This document shows, piece by piece, positions 9,875 through 18,142 of a stretch of 64,000 bases of DNA. Under the pieces are notes generated by a model, which made no database searches, was not told where the DNA came from, and worked only from the letters and a program-made list of their open reading frames with translations. Origin of the DNA: Bacilli bacterium (lineage in GTDB: Bacteria > Bacillota_I > Bacilli_A > RF39 > UBA660); the NCBI GenBank assembly GCA_900769635.1, contig CAAGHJ010000014.1, positions 2,584 through 66,583 of the forward strand, in the 5' to 3' direction. Made by a program: the position numbers and the translations under genes. Numbering within the stretch: position 1 is the first letter of the stretch; the number at the start of each line of letters is the position of its first letter.

Positions 9875-10573
9875 ATGAAAATAGATGTATCAAAACTAAA
9901 ACCATTAGAACACGGTGAAGGCAAATTTGGAAAATGCTATATATTAGATGAAGAAACTATCTATAAAGAATTTAAACCCGTTATAGAAGAAGAATTAATA
10001 ATTTGCAGAGAAAGTTTAGTACCGTTAGTTGAAAAAGAAAATGAAACATTTATATTACCAAGATACTTAAATTGTGAAGACAAAATATTACTTGGATATA
10101 CTATGAGATATATAAATGCTCCCTGTCTAAGAAGATTAGGCCATAACATATCCTTATCAAAATTAGCCCTTGCAACTCCAAAAGTATATCAAGATATAGA
10201 CAACTTATCAAATAACAAGATAATTACAGCTGATGTAAACGATAGAAATATACTATTTGATGAAAATATCCATATAATCGATTCAGATTTTTATACCATA
10301 GGAGATAACCCCTCTAAAATATTATTAGAAAATCGAAAAAATTATAACAACGCTATAATGTCATATATATGCGAAACAAGTATGACAAAAAATGAAATAG
10401 AAAAATTTATTATGAGTGACTTTTATCTAAAATACCTCTATAACCTTCTCGAAAGTGGAGGTTCCAAAGAAGCAATGGTGGAATTTCTTACAATTCTTAA
10501 AATGAAGGTAAGTGAGTATGCCGATAGAGAAGTCGATAACCTAAAAGACGTATATAAAATACTAAAAAAATAA
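9875..10573 (+). CDS. Small atypical protein-kinase-like fold protein (RIO/Kdo/spore-coat CotS-like)
   Basis: Glycine-rich loop GEGKFGKCY, a following lysine, catalytic-loop-like DVNDRNILFD and DFG-like IIDSDFY. Only 232 aa. Confidence 0.5.
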   Translation: MKIDVSKLKPLEHGEGKFGKCYILDEETIYKEFKPVIEEELIICRESLVPLVEKENETFILPRYLNCEDKILLGYTMRYINAPCLRRLGHNISLSKLALATPKVYQDIDNLSNNKIITADVNDRNILFDENIHIIDSDFYTIGDNPSKILLENRKNYNNAIMSYICETSMTKNEIEKFIMSDFYLKYLYNLLESGGSKEAMVEFLTILKMKVSEYADREVDNLKDVYKILKK

Positions 10574-10626
10574 TTTAGTATTTTTTTCTTCTCTATACAT
10601 ATATTTAACTAGAAAGGAATGATAAA

Positions 10627-10887
10627 ATGGAAACACTAAAAGTATCATCAAAGTCAAATCCAAGTTCAGTAGCTGGAGCATTAGCCAATGTTTTTAGAGA
10701 GAAAGACAGCGTAGAAGTGCAAGCTGTAGGAGCAGGAGCCCTTAATCAGGCCATAAAAGCTATAGCTATAGCTAGAGGTTTTGTTGCACCTACCGGAAAA
10801 AATCTCGTTTGCATTCCAGCATTTACCGATATAACCATCGACGGAGACGAACGAACTGCTATAAAACTAATCGTAGAGGCAAAATAA
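10627..10887 (+). CDS. spoVS: Stage V sporulation protein S
   Basis: 86 aa, near-identical along its length to Bacillus SpoVS (SKSNPSSVAGALA...IARGFVAPTG...CIPAFTDI). Confidence 0.9.
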   Translation: METLKVSSKSNPSSVAGALANVFREKDSVEVQAVGAGALNQAIKAIAIARGFVAPTGKNLVCIPAFTDITIDGDERTAIKLIVEAK

Positions 10888-10931
10888 CCTCTTTTTTTCA
10901 TATAATTGCCCATTCTCAAATCTAGGAAAAA

Positions 10932-10940
10932 CATACTATA
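10932..10940 (+). promoter_or_regulatory. Mother-cell sigma (sigK/sigE)-type -10 element CATACTATA upstream of cotJ
   Basis: Matches the CATAnnnTA sigma-K -10 consensus. The -35 partner is unclear. Confidence 0.25.
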
Positions 10941-10957
10941 TAGGGAAGGGAGAAAAA

Positions 10958-11455
10958 ATGAATAATTTTGAAAATTTTTTTAATATGTCGCCAGCTGGTG
11001 ATATGAATTATGTAACCGATATAAATAAAATGATGACAGATATGAACTACCAAAATATGCCAACTCAAATGCCTTATAAGCCCACTAGTTCAAGTACCGC
11101 TTCATCTTTAACCAATCCTGATATCGGTTTCAAACGAGGAAATATGTTTAACAATCAATATGAAGAGTATAAAGGATATATGCCCGCTTCGCTAAACCCT
11201 ACGGGAGCCCAAGAAAAAGAATTAAACACCCTAAGGGAACTAAAATTCGCTCTAGTTGATTTAGACCTCTATTTAGATACACATCCCAATGATACCGAAA
11301 CAATCAATATCTATAATACATATCTAAATGAAGAAAAAAGACTATGCAGTGAATACGAAAGAAAATATGGCCCCCTCACCCTAGATAGTCCCTATCTATT
11401 AAATAGAACGTGGCTTTGGAGTGAAGGAAAATGGCCTTGGGAGGCGAGAATATAA
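10958..11455 (+). CDS. cotJB: Spore coat protein CotJB with a ~80-aa N-terminal extension, possibly CotJA-like
   Basis: C-terminal half carries the CotJB signature LKFALVDLDLYLDTHP...WPWE. The N-terminal part has a Y/P/M-rich CotJA-like region. Stop overlaps cotJC (TAATG). Confidence 0.75.
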   Translation: MNNFENFFNMSPAGDMNYVTDINKMMTDMNYQNMPTQMPYKPTSSSTASSLTNPDIGFKRGNMFNNQYEEYKGYMPASLNPTGAQEKELNTLRELKFALVDLDLYLDTHPNDTETINIYNTYLNEEKRLCSEYERKYGPLTLDSPYLLNRTWLWSEGKWPWEARI

Positions 11456-12012
11456 TGTGGAAATATGAAAAAATGTTACAATATCCCGTAAATATAAAAA
11501 AGAAAAATTTAAAATTTGCTAAATATCTAATAACACAATACGGAGGCAGTAATGGTGAGCTAGCAGCAGCCCTAAGATACCTAAATCAAAGATATACAAT
11601 GCCAGATAGTAGGGGAAAAGCACTACTTACAGATATAGGAACAGAAGAATTAGGCCATGTTGAAATGATATCAGCAATGGAATATCAACTATTACAAGGA
11701 GCAACCCCCAAAGAATTAGAAGAAGCCGGTCTTGGAAGTAACTACGCTGAACATCGAACATCACTATATCCAACCGATTCAAATGGAGTCCCATTCACAG
11801 TATCATATTTTGCAACTACTGGTGATCCCATTGCTGACCTATCCGAAGATATGGCTGCTGAACAAAAAGCTCGAGCCGTATATGAAAGCCTAATAAATCT
11901 AACAAACGACCCCGATATCGTCGGACCACTTCTATTTCTAAGGCAAAGAGAAGTAATACACTTCAATAGATTTAAAGAATTATACGACTATTATAAAAAA
12001 ACCACCAAATAA
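11455..12012 (+). CDS. cotJC: Spore coat protein CotJC (manganese catalase family)
   Basis: MWKYEKMLQYPV..., di-metal ligands ELGHVEM and HFNRF. Confidence 0.9.
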   Translation: MWKYEKMLQYPVNIKKKNLKFAKYLITQYGGSNGELAAALRYLNQRYTMPDSRGKALLTDIGTEELGHVEMISAMEYQLLQGATPKELEEAGLGSNYAEHRTSLYPTDSNGVPFTVSYFATTGDPIADLSEDMAAEQKARAVYESLINLTNDPDIVGPLLFLRQREVIHFNRFKELYDYYKKTTK

Positions 12013-12017
12013 CAAAG

Positions 12018-12046
12018 AATTTTCTCAATAAGGGAAAATTTTTTAA
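12018..12046 (+). terminator. rho-independent terminator after cotJC
   Basis: AATTTTC/GAAAATT stem followed by TTTT. Confidence 0.5.
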
Positions 12047-12076
12047 TTACCACTTCCCGTAGGGCTCACCAAAAAA
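12047..12076 (+). repeat. GC mini-hairpin plus A-tract motif copy (TTACCacttCCCgtaGGGCtcaccAAAAAA)
   Basis: Member of the recurrent motif family. Lies 3 nt upstream of the -35. Confidence 0.4.
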
Positions 12077-12079
12077 CTA

Positions 12080-12113
12080 TTGAAAATATCCCCATACTAT
12101 GATAAAATGATAT
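12080..12113 (+). promoter_or_regulatory. sigma-A-like promoter TTGAAA-17-TAAAAT
   Basis: Hexamers upstream of the 12128 gene. Confidence 0.4.
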
Positions 12114-12127
12114 TAAAGTAAGGATAG

Positions 12128-14455
12128 GTGATACGTATGAATAATACCAATAATCAAAATCAGGTAGAGGAACAAAAAGGACTTTCTCCCACTCAAAATA
12201 TAGTAAAAGGGGACAAATACCGCTTTACCATATTAACACCAAGACTAGTAAGACTAGAATATAACAAAGACGGATACTTTATAGATAACCCCTCTAGTCT
12301 TGCTATAAATAGAAATCTAGGCATAAATAACTATAACGTTACCGAAAGCAATATACTTCTCGAAATAAAAACCCAGTATTTTACACTAACCTATGTAAAA
12401 AATAAACCCTTCAAAGTAGGAAAAATAGCCGGATCTTCTACCCTAAAAGTAGTTCTAAACGATACCGATAGAGAGTGGTACTATGATCATCCCGAAGCCC
12501 GAAATTTCGGAGCCTGCACTTATGACCTTGAAAAAGAAGGCCCCCTAAGACTAGATAAAGGCTTATATTCCCTCGACGGTTTTGCCAGTATTGACGACTC
12601 TAACACCCTAATTTTAGAAAACGGTTCGTATATCAAAAGACCCGAAGGAGGTACCGATATCTATCTCTTTATGTATAAACGCGATTTCGGATTATGCCTC
12701 GATGACTATTACCACCTAACAGGTTACCCAGCAAGTATTCCAAGATACGCTCTCGGACCATGGTGGTATAAAAACGATCGCTATACCGCTCCCGATATAG
12801 CAGATGTTGTCAAAAAGTTCAGTGATGAAAAGCTCCCCATTTCTGTATTTCTATTAGGTGATAAGTGGCATACCTCTCCCAATAACTATCAAATAGATCC
12901 AACTATTCTAGGTAGCGGTATTGAAGTAGCAAAATATTTGAAGCAAAACAATATAGCCCTTGGACTTACCATAGATCCATCTCTTCCCCTAACACCCGAA
13001 GACCCAAATTACGCTGAAATAAACAAATACATTCAAACATCCGGTCCCATCAACTTAACCCCAATGGATATGACAAAACTAACCCTATACATAAATAATA
13101 TTATATCTCCCCTCCAAAAAGTAGGTGTAAGTTTCTTCAATATCGATTACAATAATGAGAAAGATAAAAATACCCTTTGGCTTTTAGACCATTACCATTA
13201 TCAAAAATCACATCTCATTCTAACCCGTAACGCCGGCATCGCTCCCCATCGCTATCCCATTACATACACAGGAAAAACCAAAATCAGCTGGAATACCCTA
13301 AGTATCCTTCCATATTACAACCTATCCTGTGCAAACATCGGACTTTCTTGGATCGCTCACGCCATTGGCGGGTTTCATAATGGAATAGAAAATCCCGAAT
13401 TATACATAAGATATATTCAGTTCGGTGTCTTCAGTCCCATCTTCCTTTTAGCAAGCGAAACCGGTAAATACTACAAAAGAGAACCATGGAAATGGAATAG
13501 CCTCATTCAAAGCGTTATAAAAAAATATATGATTCTAAGAAATAGCCTCGTTCCATATCTCTTTTCCGAAGGACATAAGTACACAACCAAAGGCATAACC
13601 CTAATTAAACCCCTTTACTACGAAAATCCCAAAATCTATGACGAACCCAATTACAAATCCCAGTACTACTTCACTGACCAAATTCTTGTCTCTCCAATAA
13701 CAAAAAAGAAAAACCCCATTATGAATAGAGTAGTGCAAAAACTATATATACCAAATGGACTATGGTACGACTTTTTTACCGGAAAAAAATACCACGGCGA
13801 TAAATACTATAGCAGTTTCTATAAAGACGAAGATTATCCCGTTTTCTGTAAAGCCGGCACCATCCTGCCCCTGTCCCTAGATAACACCACTAGCCTTCCC
13901 CAAAATATGGAAATAACCATTTTCCCAGGAGCCTCAAACACTTATGAACTATACGAAGAAGTAGAAGGACGCCATCTTTTAACCATCATCACATACACCT
14001 ACGAAAAAAATAAATACACCCTCAACCTAAGCCCCAAAGAAGGAATGCCTGCCATCATTGGCAAAAGAAATTATACCCTTCGCTTCAAAAACATAAAACT
14101 AACCACAGGCATCACTGTAACATCCTCAGGTACATCCATAGAATTCACTCCTGAGGTCGATCATAACGATTTACTCATAAAAATAAAAGAAATTTCTGGA
14201 ACATCCATATTAAATGTCGTTATCACGGGTGAAAACATCGAAATAACAACCGAAAGAGTAATAAACGAAGAAATAGAAAGCATTCTCGAAGATCTAGAAA
14301 TAGAAACAAGTCTTAAAGAAAAAATAGATAGCATCATATTTAGCACCCTTTCCATAAAAAAGAAACGAATAGCCATTCGTAAACTAAAAAGAAAAGGCCT
14401 CGAAAGCAAATTCATAACAATGTTTATAAGCCTTCTCGAATATATAGAAGAATAA
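12128..14455 (+). CDS. Glycoside hydrolase family 31-like protein (tentative) with a charged C-terminal tail
   Basis: GPWWYKNDRY...LPISVFLLGDKWH resembles the GH31 N-terminal catalytic-domain entry, and NIDYNNE resembles the nucleophile region. Weak overall. Confidence 0.4.
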   Translation: MIRMNNTNNQNQVEEQKGLSPTQNIVKGDKYRFTILTPRLVRLEYNKDGYFIDNPSSLAINRNLGINNYNVTESNILLEIKTQYFTLTYVKNKPFKVGKIAGSSTLKVVLNDTDREWYYDHPEARNFGACTYDLEKEGPLRLDKGLYSLDGFASIDDSNTLILENGSYIKRPEGGTDIYLFMYKRDFGLCLDDYYHLTGYPASIPRYALGPWWYKNDRYTAPDIADVVKKFSDEKLPISVFLLGDKWHTSPNNYQIDPTILGSGIEVAKYLKQNNIALGLTIDPSLPLTPEDPNYAEINKYIQTSGPINLTPMDMTKLTLYINNIISPLQKVGVSFFNIDYNNEKDKNTLWLLDHYHYQKSHLILTRNAGIAPHRYPITYTGKTKISWNTLSILPYYNLSCANIGLSWIAHAIGGFHNGIENPELYIRYIQFGVFSPIFLLASETGKYYKREPWKWNSLIQSVIKKYMILRNSLVPYLFSEGHKYTTKGITLIKPLYYENPKIYDEPNYKSQYYFTDQILVSPITKKKNPIMNRVVQKLYIPNGLWYDFFTGKKYHGDKYYSSFYKDEDYPVFCKAGTILPLSLDNTTSLPQNMEITIFPGASNTYELYEEVEGRHLLTIITYTYEKNKYTLNLSPKEGMPAIIGKRNYTLRFKNIKLTTGITVTSSGTSIEFTPEVDHNDLLIKIKEISGTSILNVVITGENIEITTERVINEEIESILEDLEIETSLKEKIDSIIFSTLSIKKKRIAIRKLKRKGLESKFITMFISLLEYIEE

Positions 14456-14518
14456 CCCTTGCCATTAAGGCTCTTTTCCTCTATAATAGTATAGAAAGCA
14501 AAAAGAGGAAGTGATACA

Positions 14519-15148
14519 ATGAATTTTACCTATAATAACAGAACTTACCCCGTTAAAATAACCAAAAAAAATAACAAAAACACCTATCTAAGATACACAA
14601 ATGGTACCATAAACGTCACATCTCCCCCTTACGTAACCACCTTCGAAATAGAAAAAATAATCAAAAATAACGAAAAAACAATAATAAAGTGGATAGAAAA
14701 AGAGGCCCAGAACACTCCCGAATCCGGCACTATAACCATTTTCGGAAAAAAATATAAAGTCGTAATAGAAAATTCTCATAAGTTCTCTATCTTAGGTAAT
14801 AAAATATACACATCAAGCGAAAAAGAACTAACCAAATACATAGATAACTACCTCAAAATCACTTACCAAAATCACCTAGATTACTGGTATAATAAATACG
14901 AAGAAAAAATCCCCCTTCCCAATTTAAAAATAAGAAAAATGAAATCAAGATGGGGAGTATGCAATATAAAAAACAATAACGTAACCCTAAATAGCGAACT
15001 AATAAAATACAATATAGAATGCTTAGACTACGTCATAATTCACGAATTAAGCCACTTCATACACTTCAATCATTCCCAAGAATTCTGGAATCAGGTAGCA
15101 AAATATTGCCCAAACTATAAGAAAATTCGCCAAAATTTACGAAATTAA
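14519..15148 (+). CDS. YgjP-like metal-dependent hydrolase (DUF45/WLM, M48-like)
   Basis: HELSHFIHFNHSQEFW zinc-binding motif. Confidence 0.7.
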   Translation: MNFTYNNRTYPVKITKKNNKNTYLRYTNGTINVTSPPYVTTFEIEKIIKNNEKTIIKWIEKEAQNTPESGTITIFGKKYKVVIENSHKFSILGNKIYTSSEKELTKYIDNYLKITYQNHLDYWYNKYEEKIPLPNLKIRKMKSRWGVCNIKNNNVTLNSELIKYNIECLDYVIIHELSHFIHFNHSQEFWNQVAKYCPNYKKIRQNLRN

Positions 15149-15229
15149 AGAAAAAAACAAAAAAATATTTGCTTTTTCTCTTTTTTTGTGCTATTATAGA
15201 AATCGTTAAACTTTTAAGGGGGAATTATT

Positions 15230-16525
15230 ATGAAAAAAACACTAATGAAATTATTCACAATATGTCTTGCATTCTTAACCGTTGCACCAAGCATAGGTGC
15301 AGCTTCAAACGTACCAAGTACAATCACAGTACAGGAGCAACAAAGAACAAGTGCCTACTTAACAGGTGGAAAAGGAACAGGAGTATTATATAGGAAAGCA
15401 ACTAACGGAAACATCATTTACTGTATGACTTACGAAAGAACATCACCAGAAAACGGTATGAGCTTCAAGTTAGGTAGTGAGTTAGATGCAGGTCTAACAT
15501 ACATACTAGCAAACGGATATCCAAAAAAATCCTTTACAGGCGATAGTATGAAAGATTACTATATTACCCAAATGGCAATTTGGATATACCAAAGTGATAG
15601 CGGTCACAAAATATCAAATTTAGCAACAAAAGTAAAAAACGGAACCTATACAGGAGATGCAACTGGAACAGCAATGGCAAAACAAATTATGAACCTATAT
15701 AACGGTGCTCTAAAAGCCAAAAGTGCTGGATATGTAAAGCCAAGTTTCAGTGCTAATACAAAAAACTTAAACCTAACACTTGACGGAGATTACTATGTAT
15801 CAGAATTAGTAAAAGTAACAAGTTCAAATACAATAGATACATTTACAGTAGCAACAAATGATGCTCCCGATGGAACAATAATAACAAGTTCTAACGGAAC
15901 CAAAACCAATAACATTGCCGTAACAGATGGCTTTTATGTAAAAGTACCTGCATCAAGTGTAAAAGGCAAAACCATAAGTTTCGGTTTATCCCTAGCTACA
16001 ACAGGTGTAGTAGAAAAAGCATATCTATACCTATCAGGAAACTCATATCAAGATATGTCTGAGGCAGCAATATATCCCGAAAATACACCACTTTCAGATA
16101 ACATTACTGTAACAGCATCATCAAATGTAATTAAAATATCAAAACAAGATATAACAAGTAAAGAAGAACTACCAGGAGCAACACTAATAGTAAAAGATGA
16201 AAACGGAAATGAAATAGACAAATGGGTAAGTGGAAATGAACCACATTATATCTACAACTTAAAAGACGGAACATATACCCTAACAGAAATAGGGGCTCCT
16301 GATGGATATAAACTATCAACGGAAACAATAACCTTTGAAGTAAAAGACGGAAAAGTAACCGAAAATATAGTAATGTTCAATGAAAAGAAACCAGTAGAAA
16401 CACCAGAAGAAGTAATTGAAGTAAAGAAAACAGATTCAAGTGCCACTTTATTCTATACAGTATGCTCTTTAGTAGTTTTAGCGGGAATAGCACTAGTATA
16501 CAGATATAAAAATGCACAAAGATAA
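15230..16525 (+). CDS. Thioester-domain (TED) adhesin with a CnaB-type domain, sortase-anchored surface protein
   Basis: Signal peptide. Cys in IYCMTYERTSP and Gln in YITQMAIWIY match the TQxA(I/V)W thioester motif. YTLTEIGAPDGYKLSTETITFEV is a CnaB-type domain. C-terminal TM plus R/K tail. Confidence 0.6.
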   Translation: MKKTLMKLFTICLAFLTVAPSIGAASNVPSTITVQEQQRTSAYLTGGKGTGVLYRKATNGNIIYCMTYERTSPENGMSFKLGSELDAGLTYILANGYPKKSFTGDSMKDYYITQMAIWIYQSDSGHKISNLATKVKNGTYTGDATGTAMAKQIMNLYNGALKAKSAGYVKPSFSANTKNLNLTLDGDYYVSELVKVTSSNTIDTFTVATNDAPDGTIITSSNGTKTNNIAVTDGFYVKVPASSVKGKTISFGLSLATTGVVEKAYLYLSGNSYQDMSEAAIYPENTPLSDNITVTASSNVIKISKQDITSKEELPGATLIVKDENGNEIDKWVSGNEPHYIYNLKDGTYTLTEIGAPDGYKLSTETITFEVKDGKVTENIVMFNEKKPVETPEEVIEVKKTDSSATLFYTVCSLVVLAGIALVYRYKNAQR

Positions 16526-17147
16526 AATAATAGCACTACTAGGAGTTCTCCTTACTGTTGGAGGACTCTTCCTCATATCAAACCACTATTTAAACGAAAA
16601 AATAGATATTGCGTATGATATGAAAAACCAAAAATTATTTCAAAACGGTGAAACTACCGAAGAAAACCAAGAAGAAGAAAAAGTGGAAAGAGATGCAGGA
16701 ACAGGTATTGCAACTGCCAAAAAAGAAGAACCAAAATATTACTATATAGGTTACTTAGAAATACCAAGAATATCATTCTATCGTGGGTTTGTAGACCCAA
16801 ATACTAAGGGAAATGATATAAGTGTTAACATTGAAATAAATAAAGCCTCATCATTTCCAGATGTTAGTGGTGGAAACTTCATAATATCCGCTCACTCAGG
16901 AACAAGCTATAATGCTTACTTCCGTAATTTATATAAACTAGAAGAAGGCGACACAGCCTATGTCTATTATAATAATATAAAATATACATATATAATAGAC
17001 AATATATATAACGTACCAAAAGTAGGGAAAGCAACTATATACAGAGATACTAGTAAAAATACCCTAACGCTTATAACCTGTACTTATGGTGATGAAACAT
17101 CACAAACAATATATATTGCTTACTTAGATAAAACAGAATCATATTAG
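16512..17147 (+). CDS. Sortase (class B/C-like)
   Basis: N-terminal TM, HSG...LTLITCT catalytic TLxTC motif with upstream His. Confidence 0.8.
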   Translation: MHKDKIIALLGVLLTVGGLFLISNHYLNEKIDIAYDMKNQKLFQNGETTEENQEEEKVERDAGTGIATAKKEEPKYYYIGYLEIPRISFYRGFVDPNTKGNDISVNIEINKASSFPDVSGGNFIISAHSGTSYNAYFRNLYKLEEGDTAYVYYNNIKYTYIIDNIYNVPKVGKATIYRDTSKNTLTLITCTYGDETSQTIYIAYLDKTESY

Positions 17148-17163
17148 AAAAGGGGGGAGAAAT

Positions 17164-18060
17164 ATGACGAGAACAAGCATAATAGAAAAATTAAATTTAG
17201 TTAAAGATATGATAGCAGGACAAAAAGAGTTAATATTAGTATTTGCATTCTTTATGATATTAGGTATTCTATTATTTGCCTTTTCCAAAAAAAACAAATC
17301 CAAATACCTAAAAACATTCATTATTTCTTATATCCTCATACTAATAGCTCTTATAGCAGGCTATAATGTAAGTCTTTATAAATTAGTAGACTACTTTATA
17401 AATAACGTATTTTATCTACTAGTATTTCCAAACATTGCTGTATATACTGGTATGATAATAACAAGTAATATTCTCCTTTTAACAGGATTATTAAAAGAAA
17501 AAACACCTAAATTAGTAAAAATAATTAATGTAATATTTTATAGTGTAATAGGATATATGACCTTCTTAACCCTAGATGTAATAACAAAAGACAAAATAGA
17601 TGTATATTCAGAATTAGATGTATATTCAAATGAAACCCTTTTTGCTCTATTACAAATAAGTATGATAATATTCATAACTTGGATAGTAGTAAGAATAATA
17701 ATAAAAGCCGTAACTAAGTTTGGTAAAAAAGAAGTAGTGGAAAGTACTGTTCCTGTAATAGAAAATACTTCTCTCGTAGAAAAATTTGTAAATAACGCCG
17801 AAGAAGTACCAACTCCAGTTATGAATTTAGAAACTAGTAATTCAGAAAACACAGTGTATAATAATATTACTAATAATACAAATAATATAGCATCTCATAG
17901 TTCTAATCTAATAAACGAATTACCAACATACAAATATGAAGCTGTCCCAAACAATCCTTTACATAAAAGTAACAATATAGAGATATCATTCACTAAGGAA
18001 GAGTGGATGGGACTAAATGATATATTAAAGAGAGAACAAAACCGTAGTAACAATGGTTAG
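17164..18060 (+). CDS. Hypothetical polytopic membrane protein (about 5 TM) with an N/T-rich C-terminal tail
   Basis: RBS GGGGGGAG. Hydrophobic helices throughout the N-terminal 180 aa. Confidence 0.4.
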   Translation: MTRTSIIEKLNLVKDMIAGQKELILVFAFFMILGILLFAFSKKNKSKYLKTFIISYILILIALIAGYNVSLYKLVDYFINNVFYLLVFPNIAVYTGMIITSNILLLTGLLKEKTPKLVKIINVIFYSVIGYMTFLTLDVITKDKIDVYSELDVYSNETLFALLQISMIIFITWIVVRIIIKAVTKFGKKEVVESTVPVIENTSLVEKFVNNAEEVPTPVMNLETSNSENTVYNNITNNTNNIASHSSNLINELPTYKYEAVPNNPLHKSNNIEISFTKEEWMGLNDILKREQNRSNNG

Positions 18061-18096
18061 TTCTTTTTTTATTTCTCTTATCCCTTTATTTTTAAG

Positions 18097-18105
18097 AAAA
18101 TATCT
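18097..18105 (+). promoter_or_regulatory. Extended -10 TGCTATAAT upstream of mutS
   Basis: TGnTATAAT. Confidence 0.35.
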
Positions 18106-18142
18106 GCTATAATATATGAAAAAGAAAGGAAGAAAATGCCCA

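Noticed and set aside
15169-15393. 74-aa + ORF overlapping the start of the TED adhesin gene
   Set aside because: It lies in a different frame across the adhesin signal-peptide region. The adhesin has the RBS and a coherent product.
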